A DNA stretch of 63,721 nt, filler included, from Welwitschia mirabilis (lineage: Eukaryota): assembly GCA_051453625.1 (NCBI GenBank). It is 6 parts of one record of this genome, joined end to end, with 100 filler letters (N's around TTAATTAATTAA, not from the genome) between each part and the next. Parts side by side here need not be neighbours in the genome. Positions count along the whole stretch, not along the records: positions 1 to 27,710 come from JBOZIK010000001.1; 5 more parts are not named here. The stretch is one strand, 5' to 3'. Shown piece by piece: positions 13,506 to 25,170 of the stretch. How positions within the stretch are numbered: position 1 is the first letter of the stretch; the number at the start of each line of letters is the position of its first letter. A program made the position numbers and the translations under genes. The notes under the pieces were generated by a model. It had not been told where the DNA came from, ran no database searches, and worked only from the letters and a program-made list of their open reading frames with translations.

Positions 13506-13520
13506 CAAAAAGGGGAAGAA
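13506..13520 (+). promoter_or_regulatory. Polypurine-tract-like motif (probably an upstream member of the multiple PPTs typical of Sireviruses)
   Basis: CAAAAAGGGGAAGAA followed by TTTGTTG. The sequence after it does not match the 5' LTR start, so the true LTR boundary lies in the gap 13686-14236. Confidence 0.6.
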
Positions 13521-14236
13521 TTTGTTGTTTGTTTATTAAATGTTTAAATGTTTTTCTATGTTGCATAAAATTGTATTTAAAATGGTATCTCAAATGTTTT
13601 TGTGCTTTTCCAAATCATATATACTTAATCTATTTTTCTTTTGGTATCATATATACATAACTTAAAAATATTAAAGTCTTCTAAANNNNNNNNNNNNNNN
13701 NNNNNNNNNNNNNNNNNNNNNNNNNNNNNNNNNNNNNNNNNNNNNNNNNNNNNNNNNNNNNNNNNNNNNNNNNNNNNNNNNNNNNNNNNNNNNNNNNNNN
13801 NNNNNNNNNNNNNNNNNNNNNNNNNNNNNNNNNNNNNNNNNNNNNNNNNNNNNNNNNNNNNNNNNNNNNNNNNNNNNNNNNNNNNNNNNNNNNNNNNNNN
13901 NNNNNNNNNNNNNNNNNNNNNNNNNNNNNNNNNNNNNNNNNNNNNNNNNNNNNNNNNNNNNNNNNNNNNNNNNNNNNNNNNNNNNNNNNNNNNNNNNNNN
14001 NNNNNNNNNNNNNNNNNNNNNNNNNNNNNNNNNNNNNNNNNNNNNNNNNNNNNNNNNNNNNNNNNNNNNNNNNNNNNNNNNNNNNNNNNNNNNNNNNNNN
14101 NNNNNNNNNNNNNNNNNNNNNNNNNNNNNNNNNNNNNNNNNNNNNNNNNNNNNNNNNNNNNNNNNNNNNNNNNNNNNNNNNNNNNNNNNNNNNNNNNNNN
14201 NNNNNNNNNNNNNNNNNNNNNNNNNNNNNNNNNNNN

Positions 14237-15439
14237 GACTAAATGACAAGGGATCGACCAGACCTGTGATGGGGTCGACTGGATCTATGAATCAAGGAAC
14301 AGTACTCCTAAACTGATTATCAAGGAGTCAACCAGACTTATGATGGGGTCGATTAGATCTGAGCACTGTGTAGCTGATACACCTAAGTTGATCATCATGG
14401 GTCGACCTGACACATGAAGGGATCGACCAGACCTAATGCTAAAAACTGGAAAGAATTTTATTAGGAGGAGTGGATGACCGGATAATTAGTGGGTGACTGA
14501 ACTAGGGTCAACTAGACCTAGATGAGGTCGATCGGACAGGGAACTGTAATAAATTGGGATAACTAAATTTCTCACTTAAGCGACCTATGTAAGTCATGAC
14601 ACCAGATAGGGTCGACTGGACTTTTGAGGAATCGACCAGATGAAACGAAAGTAAAATTTTCTAATTATTATGTATTCATTATGTACCCATTATGTAGCCA
14701 TTTTTTAGACATTTATAGCTATTGAAAGTGCATTGCAAATGTAATAAACCCTAAAAACATGTTAATATAAATATCTAAGACATAGATAACCAAAGAATCT
14801 TTTCGAATGATCTTCATTTGGTTAAAACTATTGAATTTGAAGGATTAAGCATTGTAATCTTATGACTTTCATTATTGTATCTTGGCATCTATATTTTTGA
14901 CTAAAGTAGATCTATCATTGATATTACCTCTATATTTAAGGTTAGATTAAGAGCTTTATTCATTCACATCTACAAGAGAAGAGCTCCATCAAATCTATTA
15001 AATTAAAAATGAATGATATCCATGCTCTGTAGGCATTATTACATCACTACTTTGCTTTGTGAAAGGTTGAGCCTAAGCCTTAAAAAGTCTATTTAAAGGT
15101 TGAAACTAAGCTAGGAAAAGTCTTTTTTGTAAAGATTACAGGTGAACCTATAATACCTGTAAAGTAACAAAGATCTTAGATCTAGCTTAGGGATAAGCTG
15201 ATTGTCAAGAGTGGAGTAGGGAGTTTCCTGAACCACTATAAATCTGGTATGCATCTATTTGATATTTTTGTGACTTCTGTCATTATTTCTTTACTCCTAT
15301 TATTTTCTTGTTTTATGCACATTTTGGTTTAGTTAATTATTGTATGCAAGTTTTATTTAAGATTATATTTCTTTAGAATATTGCATTGCATTTTTTTAAG
15401 AACCTATTTACCCCTCTTCTAGAATTATTGATCCCATCA
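14237..15439 (+). repeat. SIRE-1 3' LTR (5' part in gap)
   Basis: Direct repeat of ~5715-7069. Carries the GTGGAGTAGG..AACCACTATAAA motif and ends GATCCCATCA. Confidence 0.92.
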
Positions 15440-15444
15440 ATAGC

Positions 15445-17400
15445 ATCAGCCTTAATCCATTTATGAAGTAATTAATAGGGACCAAAATGTATTTCTTTCT
15501 AAAAGATGAAGAATTGATGCATCTAATAAAATCTATTCCTCAAATATCAAAAATTTTAATCATTTAAATTCATTGTTGTGATATTTCTAACTTTTGTCTA
15601 AATGTGCCTTCTCTCTGATATTTATCATAATCTTAGGTATAAGTTTTTGCATCCTTGAATATAGTGGGCTAATAATATCCCATATAGATAATTTTCATTC
15701 TTATTCTTTTTTCACCATAATGTTCTCCTCCTTCTCCTCCATAAGCTTTCTTTAAAATTTCTCTTTATAAGTTTTCCTCTATGCATCTTCTAATAACATG
15801 ATCTTTACATTCTTTAAATAACATTTTATCATGATAAATATAATCTATAGACTCCTTTAACAATTTTTTTCTTTCATAATAAATCAAAAAAGAGGATAAT
15901 CTTTTACTTATAAAAAAGTTAACAATGTTGGCATACCATGGATTTATGGTTATCTAAAAAAGGTATTAATTAGAAAACTCATATCTTATGTTGATCTGCT
16001 CTTTATCCAAAAACTCTAACCTTGAAAAGTGATTTGCTACCATATTCTTCATTCTTTTTTTATTAATAATTTTTAAATCAAACTCTTGCGTTAATAATAT
16101 CCATCTCATAATTATTTAGTTTACTTCTTTCTTATTCATTAGAAATCTAATGGCACTATGGTCAGTATGAACTTTTACTTCATAACCTAAAATATAATGT
16201 TTTTTTTTTAATGTCATTACTATTACTAGTAATTATTTCTCTATTATTGTATAAATTTGTTAAGCTAGTTTGAAGTTTTTAATGATGTAAGAAATGGAAT
16301 AAGTTTATTGTCTTTATCTTTTTATTCTAAAACTACTCCCATAGCATGTTTAGATGCATTAGCCATAATGTGAAATGGTCTTGTGTAATTTGGCCCTTGT
16401 AGAATAGGTGCTAATAAAAGTTTACCTTTTAAGGTTTGATAGGAATCTTAACATTTCTTAGTCAAGTCATATTCCACATCCTTTTGTAGAAGATTACTTA
16501 AATATTGAGCGATTTCACTGAAACTGAATATGAATCTTCTATAATATCCAAGTTATCCTAGGAAAGATATAAACTCTTTGAGTTTAGTTTAGGATGGAAT
16601 ATCTTTTATAGCTTTAATTTTTATTCATTAGTTTTAATTCCCTTTCTAAATATTTTATATGCTAACGCTATGCCTTTCGTCATTATAATATGACTTTTTG
16701 ACTAGCTAAGTTTAAGGTGCTTTTCCTCATATATTTTCAAAACTTTTTCCAGTCTTTTGAGTGACTCTTTTAAGTCCTTTTCAAATGATGAGAATTCATC
16801 CATAAATACTTCAACTGATCTTCCTATCATATCTTGAAAAATACTATTTACTAATCTTTGAAAAGTAGCGAGAGCATTATATAGTCCAAATGGTAGTACT
16901 TTATGGGCATAAGTATCCTAATGACAAGTGAAAGTTGTTTTAGCTTAGTCCTCTAAAGCTATAGAAACCTGATTGTAGCTACCACATCCATCTAGGAAGT
17001 TATAGTATTAATTTTTAGATACTCTTTCTAAAACTTAATCAATAAATGGAAGAGAAAATTGATCTTTATAAGTTGTTGTATTTAACATTCTGAATTCTAT
17101 ACACATCCTTTGTTTATTTTCTTTCTTTATTACAACTATTACATAATTAACCCATTCTAAATTAGATATTGGGTAAATAAATCCTATTTCTAAGAGTTTG
17201 AAAATTTGTTGTTCAATTACCTTTGGCATATGTGGTTTACATTTTACTTCTAGTTGTTGACTTAGTTTAATAGAAATGTCTAAATAAATTCTATGTTGGT
17301 AAATTTTTGGATCTATTTCTTTAATATCTATATGATCTTGAGCAAAGGATTATTTTCTTTTAATTAACATTCATTTAAGTTTCTCTTCTAAGAATGAGTT
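15445..17400 (-). pseudogene. Gypsy A RT, RNase H and integrase N-half
   Basis: RT: KLLEIGFIYPISNLEWV..RMCIEFRMLN..FSLPFID, LPFGLYNALATFQR, VEVFMDEFS. RNase H: HTDHSAIRFLM..RWILLTQEFDL..NMVANHFSRL. Integrase: FDI*GIDF..KYILV..KWIKADA. Confidence 0.9.
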
Positions 17401-18149
17401 AAATAACTATTTATAATTAAAGGTATATTAGGAGCTACCTCAATATACTCTAGCCTTTCTTTAAGAGGAGTTTTTTCTATTTCTTGAGGTACTAAATATT
17501 CTTCCTTATATTTCTCCTCCTTTTACTTATTTAACATTAAATTAACTTCTTGTATTAGAATTGCATTGATTCTTGCTTCTGTGTTTTATACTAGTTTCTC
17601 AACAACCACTCTATCAGAAAGTTTAATCTTTCTTTTAAGATGTTCAAGACTGATTTTCATTACCCCTCTTCTAGAATAAATAGTAGCATCTATAGTAGCC
17701 ATTCACAGCCTCCCAAAAATCACTTCATGAGTCTCTTCTTGAGCTTTCATTACTAGCAAATCTATCAAATAAATAAANNNNNNNNNNNNNNNNNNNNNNN
17801 NNNNNNNNNNNNNNNNNNNNNNNNNNNNNNNNNNNNNNNNNNNNNNNNNNNNNNNNNNNNNNNNNNNNNNNNNNNNNGTCGCAACATAAATAACTATTTA
17901 TAATTAAAGGTCTATTAATAGCTACCTCAATATACTCTAGCCTTTCTTTAAGAGGAGGTTTTTCTATTTCTTGAGCTACCAAATATTCTTCCTTATATTT
18001 CTCTTTATTTTACTTATTTAACATCAAATTAACTTCTTGTATTAGGATTGCATTGATTCTTGCTTCTGTGTTTTATACTAGTTTCTCAACAACCACTGTA
18101 TTAGAAAGTTTGATCTTTCTTTTAAGATGTTCAAGACTGATTTTCATTA

Positions 18150-18460
18150 CTTCTCTTCTAGAATAAATAGTAACATCTATAGTAGCCATTCACAGCCTCC
18201 CAAAAATCACTACATGGGTCTCTTCTTGAGCTTTCATTACTAGCAAATCTATCAAATAGATAAAATCTTGGAGTTCTATAAGTATATCCTTCAGAAATGC
18301 TTCTAGCATNNNNNNNNNNNNNNNNNNNNNNNNNNNNNNNNNNNACTAAGGTATTAATTTTGGTTGTCCTTATTTTTCATAAGTTTTATAGGCCATAACA
18401 TTAATATGTACTCCAAAATCTACAAGTGCCTATACTTTGAGTTTTCTATCAAGGGGTTCC
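18150..18460 (-). pseudogene. Gypsy A aspartic protease remnant
   Basis: ALVDFGVHINVMA (~18393-18435) and downstream VIFGRL*MAT (ILGRPW-like). Confidence 0.75.
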
Positions 18461-18899
18461 AAGATCACTATACTTTTCATGTTGTCTATTTTGAAGAACT
18501 TGTGTGGAAGCCCAAGAAACTAGATTCTTCCATACCATTTCAATTTGTTTTTCTTTCTTATTTTCTTTTTTACTTTTTTGTTTCAAGCACATGCTCTTAA
18601 TTTGTTTCCAATACATGAGGATGTCTTTTAATAATTTTAAAATAGGTATTGATATTTTTGTATCTTCTAATATCCTTGTTAAATATTATATATCTTTTTT
18701 AATTTTTGGATGTTCTATTTATTACTAAAGTATCATCCATTATTTTTATTTTAACTTTTTCCTCTTATTTATCTATGGACTTGCTCGNNNNNNNNNNAGT
18801 AGTTACTACCTTACTTATTGCTTATCTAGGATTCGGTTGAAGCTGAGCAGGGAGTTTTCCTTCTTTTCTTTCTATTTTTAATTTTTCTTTTTGGTCTTT

Positions 18900-19877
18900 T
18901 AGATCTCTATTTTTCTAATTTCTATAGTAACCATATTGTTCTTACCTCTTTGAGTTTATATACATTTGTAAAAGTCTCTCCATTTTTCCTTCCCATTTCT
19001 TACTTTGGCAAGGATATGGTTTCTTTCTAGTTTGAGATTGATTGTCATAATTTAAATTCAATCTATTTATATCTAATTACTAAACAAATTTTTACATGTA
19101 AGGGCGTTCTATTTCATCATGATTATCTTTCCCATAGTATTTACATGTAGGTTCTTCTTCTTTCTTAAGGTATTCTATAGCTGATTAATCAAAGTTTTCT
19201 ATCCTGCTATTAGTCACCTTTTAAGCTACTTCTTCCATAATATTGATATGTTTTAAGCTATACATATTACCATATGGTTTTAGGGTACATACTTCATTTA
19301 TCTTCTTTTTTTTTTCATTTTATTAATCTCATCCTTGACTCATGTTATAAAACCGAGTAATAGCTTCTCCCACTTCTCAGACATTCTTGGTTTTAATGCT
19401 TCCTATACATAGCAAATCTAGTTCCTTCAATGGTTGATTTTATANNNNNNNNNNNNNNNNNNNNNNNNNNNNNNNNNNNNNNNNNNNNNNNNNNNNNNNN
19501 NNNNNNNNNNNNNNNNNNNNNNNNNNNNNNNNNNNNNNNNNNNNAGTAATAGATTCTTCCACTTCTTAGACATTCTTGGTTTTAATGCTTCCTCTACATA
19601 GCAAATCTAGTTCCTTCAATGTTTGATTTTATAGTCCTTTAAGTAAGGCTTTGACTTGTTCTCTAAACATGATTCCATGATCAGGACATTTGGATAACAA
19701 TATGTTATACCTATCTAGAAATTCATCAAATCTTCCATTCTCTCTTTACCTAATGTTCATGATTTATTCTCTTAAATCTTCCACCATTATCATGGATTGA
19801 AATTTAACAAGGAAAGAATTTTTAAGAATTCCCAATGAACTAAAAGCATGATTACAATTTCTATAATATCATAATTG
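18900..19877 (-). pseudogene. Gypsy A gag remnant
   Basis: LRE*IMNIR*RENGRFDEFLDRYNILLSKCPDHGIMFREQVKALLKGL, a Retrotrans_gag-like segment with the Athila-type CPxHG motif. Confidence 0.75.
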
Positions 19878-21137
19878 NNNNNNNNNNNNNNNNNNNNNNN
19901 NNNNNNNNNNNNNNNNNNNNNNNNNNNNNNNNNNNNNNNNNNNNNNNNNNNNNNNNNNNNNNNNNNNNNNNNNNNNNNNNNNNNNNNNNNNNNNNNNNNN
20001 NNNNNNNNNNNNNNNNNNNNNNNNNNNNNNNNNNNNNNNNNNNNNNNNNNNNNNNNNNNNNNNNNNNNNNNNNNNNNNNNNNNNNNNNNNNNNNNNNNNN
20101 NNNNNNNNNNNNNNNNNNNNNNNNNNNNNNNNNNNNNNNNNNNNNNNNNNNNNNNNNNNNNNNNNNNNNNNNNNNNNNNNNNNNNNNNNNNNNNNNNNNN
20201 NNNNNNNNNNNNNNNNNNNNNNNNNNNNNNNNNNNNNNNNNNNNNNNNNNNNNNNNNNNNNNNNNNNNNNNNNNNNNNNNNNNNNNNNNNNNNNNNNNNN
20301 NNNNNNNNNNNNNNNNNNNNNNNNNNNNNNNNNNNNNNNNNNNNNNNNNNNNNNNNNNNNNNNNNNNNNNNNNNNNNNNNNNNNNNNNNNNNNNNNNNNN
20401 NNNNNNNNNNNNNNNNNNNNNNNNNNNNNNNNNNNNNNNNNNNNNNNNNNNNNNNNNNNNNNNNNNNNNNNNNNNNNNNNNNNNNNNNNNNNNNNNNNNN
20501 NNNNNNNNNNNNNNNNNNNNNNNNNNNNNNNNNNNNNNNNNNNNNNNNNNNNNNNNNNNNNNNNNNNNNNNNNNNNNNNNNNNNNNNNNNNNNNNNNNNN
20601 NNNNNNNNNNNNNNNNNNNNNNNNNNNNNNNNNNNNNNNNNNNNNNNNNNNNNNNNNNNNNNNNNNNNNNNNNNNNNNNNNNNNNNNNNNNNNNNNNNNN
20701 NNNNNNNNNNNNNNNNNNNNNNNNNNNNNNNNNNNNNNNNNNNNNNNNATCTAGTGGTTATCATGATTCAAAGGCCTTAAATCTTCATCATCTTTCCAAT
20801 AACATCCTATTACAACTTATTTTTAGGTTTTTAGATCTAAAATGTTCGAGAACACTCTCTCAATGAGTGAGGTAATCTAAGAATGATTTGTAGTCATTAA
20901 TCAAATTTGATTATCAATTTAGGAAATATTTGGTCTTTTACCATCTTTTCTAAGGTTACTTTATCCTTGTAAAATTTTCTTCTATTACTTCTAATTTAAT
21001 AGTACTTTTGGTCCACTTTTTTAGACCATATTTATGTGGATCTTTAATGTACTTGCCTCTTTCATCTGGCCATTTTTCTTAACTATCTTGTTGCATAGCA
21101 CTTTTTGTCATCTCTACTAATTAACATTATAATGGTT

Positions 21138-21152
21138 CTTCTTCTAGCACCA
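21138..21152 (-). promoter_or_regulatory. Candidate primer-binding site of Gypsy A
   Basis: Minus strand reads ...TCCATCA TTT TGGTGCTAGAAGAAG: an LTR-like CA end, a 3-nt spacer and a TGG-initiated PBS, upstream of gag. The candidate 5' LTR would start at 21156 and run rightward into a gap. Confidence 0.5.
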
Positions 21153-22506
21153 AAATGATGGATGGCTTATATGATAAAATACGTGTAGAAAGTAACATAA
21201 AATAATATCAAAAACTATAAAACAATGTTGGAAAAATGTAGAAACTATGCTACTACTAACCTAAAATAAGCACACATCATTAAATAAAAATACATCAAAA
21301 TCTTACTAAAAAACTAGTTGATAATTAATCATTTAGTTTAAAATTCAACATCGTAATAGTCTTTTAATGAAGTCACTTGAACTAGTTAAGTTATTTATTG
21401 AAGCTTAATTACTATGTACATATATTACACCAAGGGGGAATAATGAAAGACATAAAACATAATAGAGGTTAAATGAACTACTAAACAATACTTGTTTCTA
21501 AGTAATAAAATTATCCTAGTTTATGTTTAACTACACAAATAGGAGTAATATAGAAGTAATATTACTTTTTTAAGTAGTAAAGTATGTGCACAATAATACT
21601 CAAATGCTTTTTAGCTTTTTGTTAAAATNNNNNNNNNNNNNNNNNNNNNNNNNNNNNNNNNNNNNNNNNNNNNNNNNNNNNNNNNNNNNNNNNNNNNNNN
21701 NNNNNNNNNNNNNNNNNNNNNNNNNNNNNNNNNNNNNNNNNNNNNNNNNNNNNNNNNNNNNNNNNNNNNNNNNNNNNNNNNNNNNNNNNNNNNNNNNNNN
21801 NNNNNNNNNNNNNNNNNNNNNNNNNNNNNNNNNNNNNNNNNNNNNNNNNNNNNNNNNNNNNNNNNNNNNNNNNNNNNNNNNNNNNNNNNNNNNNNNNNNN
21901 NNNNNNNNNNNNNNNNNNNNNNNNNNNNNNNNNNNNNNNNNNNNNNNNNNNNNNNNNNNNNNNNNNNNNNNNNNNNNNNNNNNNNNNNNNNNNNNNNNNN
22001 NNNNNNNNNNNNNNNNNNNNNNNNNNNNNNNNNNNNNNNNNNNNNNNNNNNNNNNNNNNNNNNNNNNNNNNNNNNNNNNNNNNNNNNNNNNNNNNNNNNN
22101 NNNNNNNNNNNNNNNNNNNNNNNNNNNNNNNNNNNNNNNNNNNNNNNNNNNNNNNNNNNNNNNNNNNNNNNNNNNNNNNNNNNNNNNNNNNNNNNNNNNN
22201 NNNNNNNNNNNNNNNNNNNNNNNNNNNNNNNNNNNNNNNNNNNNNNNNNNNNNNNNNNNNNNNNNNNNNNNNNNNNNNNNNNNNNNNNNNNNNNNNNNNN
22301 NNNNNNNNNNNNNNNNNNNNNNNNNNNNNNNNNNNNNNNNNNNNNNNNNNNNNNNNNNNNNNNNNNNNNNNNNNNNNNNNNNNNNNNNNNNNNNNNNNNN
22401 NNNNNNNNNNNNNNNNNNNNNNNNNNNNNNNNNNNNNNNNNNNNNNNNNNNNNNNNNNNNNNNNNNNNNNNNNNNNNNNNNNNNNNNNNNNNNNNNNNNN
22501 NNNNNN

Positions 22507-24278
22507 AAAATCATCTATTTGTTGATGAAATATATAATTAAGATAATGAAAAACACTTCATTAATAAGTAAGATTTACATAAAATTCATCCTTGTCATGT
22601 ATAGACTGTTTCTTTCCTTTAAGTCATAAATAAATTTCGTCTTGTCTTTATCTTCTCATTTCCTCTTAGGCTTAACCTGAGTGAGAGTGTTTCCTATAGT
22701 GTCTAAGGTGTTCACTATCCATCTTTAATGCTTTTTCTAATATAAAACTTAAAAGATAATAAGTAAACCCACATCCTAATCTTTAGTAGGCATAGTTTAT
22801 TCCATTAAATAATATAGATCTAACATATTCCACCCCTTCTATGGTTTACTTAAGGGTTTTACCATTTTTAGTAAGTACTTACTCTAATACCACTTAAGTA
22901 TCATTGAACTCAAAGGATAGGGGTAAATAAGTTCTATTAATAAAAAATTTAATTAATACCAGTTAAGAATTTACAAACTAAAATCTTCTCAATTTACATG
23001 ATTCCCTAGCTAGATATATCCACACATAGATCATAGCTTTCCTTCATACCTCTAAATATCTTTAATCTTTAACCTATAATAAATAGTGGTTTTGAAGAAT
23101 CACCAATCTAACATATAAATGAGATGCTTTTCTGAAGGCATCACTTTCTTCCCTTGATGAACTTTAATAGAATAATAAATCAAGAGTACTCATAGGCACT
23201 TATCAGAATACATCACTTACAAGGGTTACCTTATACTTTGAAATCCTTAATCAAGGGACCTTAATAAGAAAGATGTAGATAAAAATATTTGAACTAAAAA
23301 TAAAATACTATACAAATTAAATAGTATAATAATGTTACATCAATAAGTAAATATTAAGGAAGAACAAGTATGAAATGATGAGATAAATGTAGTAGCTTGG
23401 CTTCTTCTTAAGCACCATGTCCCAATGATAATATTGCACTAGTGAATGAGCTTAGATCACATATATGTCTTAAATAATAGTTTTAATAATCTATTCTAAA
23501 TTATTTTTGCATGTACGATGCTAATTAATTATTTTTTAATCATTTCTTATTATGCCTTTTATACTTCTAAATGTTCTGATTAGTTAACCCAAAGAGATGA
23601 CCATTGGAATAAATTTGAATACTTTCTAATGATTATAAATAGCTAGCTTTTGATGTTTACTAGCTATTTTCTATTACATGATTTTTTAGGATAGATTTCT
23701 ATATTGAGATAGACGTCCTTCTTTGATTCACGTCTTTCATGTATATAAAAGTATATTTCAATGAATTTCAAACTAAATTTATTAAACCTATGACATCATG
23801 AACGCAGCATGCATAACTTGTTTGGTTTCTTATAAAGTAAGTAAGTTATCATCATTATCTTTCTAGCATAAATTAACTTTTATCATAAATTTTTAGTTTA
23901 TAATAGATACCTTTCACTTAATAGACATCTATCATCAATTCATGCAACATAGACATCTTTTACTTGGTAGACATTTGTCATTTGTTGTAGGTCTAATTTA
24001 ACATATATGTCTTTCAACTAATATAATTTTGTAGTTAGGTTTAGGTTTAATTTAGCATGGAGATTCTTGACATCATAGATGTCTTTCATTAATATTGCAA
24101 TCCTCAATAGGTTTATACAAGACTGTCTTTGATATATAACATTCTTATGGAATGCAGCTATAAGTCTTCATTAAGCTATGGATGTCTTTCAACTTGAGAT
24201 ATGTCTTCAATACCCTGTCTACACATAAAATAAACTTTATTTAACAATGGCATCATTAAAACTAATATTTCATTAATA
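22507..24278 (-). mobile_element. Highly decayed Sirevirus fragment ('SIRE-3'): LTR, PBS and gag N-terminus
   Basis: Minus strand shows CTTATTTACCCCTATCC (LTR-end signature) and TGGTATTAGAG (PBS, 22882-22892). Gag reads IEGVEYVRSILFNGINYAY*..KSIKDG..KPKRK*EDKDKTKFIYDLKERNSLY. An LTR-start-like GTTTTAATGATGCCA lies near 24250. The right boundary is approximate. Confidence 0.7.
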
Positions 24279-24289
24279 TTTTATTTTTA

Positions 24290-25170
24290 TTAGTTTAACC
24301 TTTTAATGTATGGGTATAGAATCCATGGAGCCATCTCTTGCATCTTTTAATTATCTTTTTGTATTGGTTTGTGTTGATTATGTTAGTGAGTAATGTGAAA
24401 TTTTTTCACTAGAAAAAATGATGCTAGAGTGGTTGTTAGATTTCTAAAGCAGCATATTTCTGCATTTTAACTATCCTAGAGCTCTTATTAGTAATGGAGA
24501 TACTTATTTTTACAATTGAATTATGAATAATCTTATGAAGAAATGTGGTATCCTACAAAAAGTTCTTACTTCTTATCATCCTCAGACCAATCATAAAGTA
24601 GAAGTTACTAATCATGGATTAAATAAGATTTTGTATAAAATAATAAATGCAATAGAGAAGACTAGTTTCTCTATCTTAGTGATACTCTTTAGCCTATAAG
24701 ATCACTAATAGAACCTCTATTGAAATGTTTCCTCATAAGCTTGTTTTAAATAAGGCAACTCATCTTCTTATGAAAATAGAACATAAATCTTTTTAGGCCA
24801 TTAAACAACTTAATAATAACCTTGATGAAGCTTTATAATTTAAGAAGATTGGCCTTAGTGAATTTAAAGAAAATAGAAATGAAGCCTGCACAAATTACTA
24901 TATTTAAAAATAAAGGGAAAAAATATCATGATGCTCATATCCTTAAGGAATCCCTTAATCTTGGTACCGATTTTTGTCATTTAATTTATACATGCATGTG
25001 TTTCTTGATGAATTGATATATAAATGAATTTTAATGGTTAAGAAATATTTTTATATGAAGTTGTTAGAAACTTAAATCCACTTACCAAAATGATATTCAA
25101 AGTTAAAAGACAAAGAATTAAATCATAACATTTCTCCATTACCTCTAAAGTCATTTTCCTAAAACTCCTT
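24290..25170 (+). pseudogene. Athila-type gypsy integrase fragment
   Basis: PFNVWG..VLVCVDYVS..KNDARVVVRFLK..YPRALISNG..TSYHPQTNHKVEVTN..IEHKSF*AIKQLN..KKYHDAHI..FKVKRQRIK. Confidence 0.85.

Larger units (their letters stand above)
5364..15439 (+). mobile_element. Near-complete decayed Sirevirus (SIRE/Maximus) Ty1/copia element ('SIRE-1')
   Basis: TG...CA termini, paired LTRs, tRNA-iMet PBS, gag-PR-IN-RT-RH order, C-rich TATTCACCC..CTCTAG LTR-end signature, and decayed TSD ATAAT (5359-5363) / ATAGC (15440-15444). Confidence 0.92.
4545..21152 (-). mobile_element. Decayed Ty3/gypsy non-chromovirus (Athila-like) LTR retrotransposon internal region ('Gypsy A'), interrupted by a nested copia at 5364-15439
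   Basis: Minus-strand order is gag (CPDHG), protease (ALVDFGVHINVM), RT (FMDEF), RNase H, integrase, as expected for gypsy. The integrase continues in frame on the far side of the nested element. Confidence 0.85.

Noticed and set aside
13522..13685. TGTTG after the purine tract as the start of the SIRE-1 3' LTR
   Set aside because: It does not match the 5' LTR start at 5364, which is supported by the TSD and by homology to SIRE-2.
18364..18728. Hydrophobic short ORFs (also 2380-2604, 52214-52405, 59156-59386) as membrane proteins
   Set aside because: They are antisense or off-frame readings of AT-rich, mostly retroelement sequence, with no independent support.
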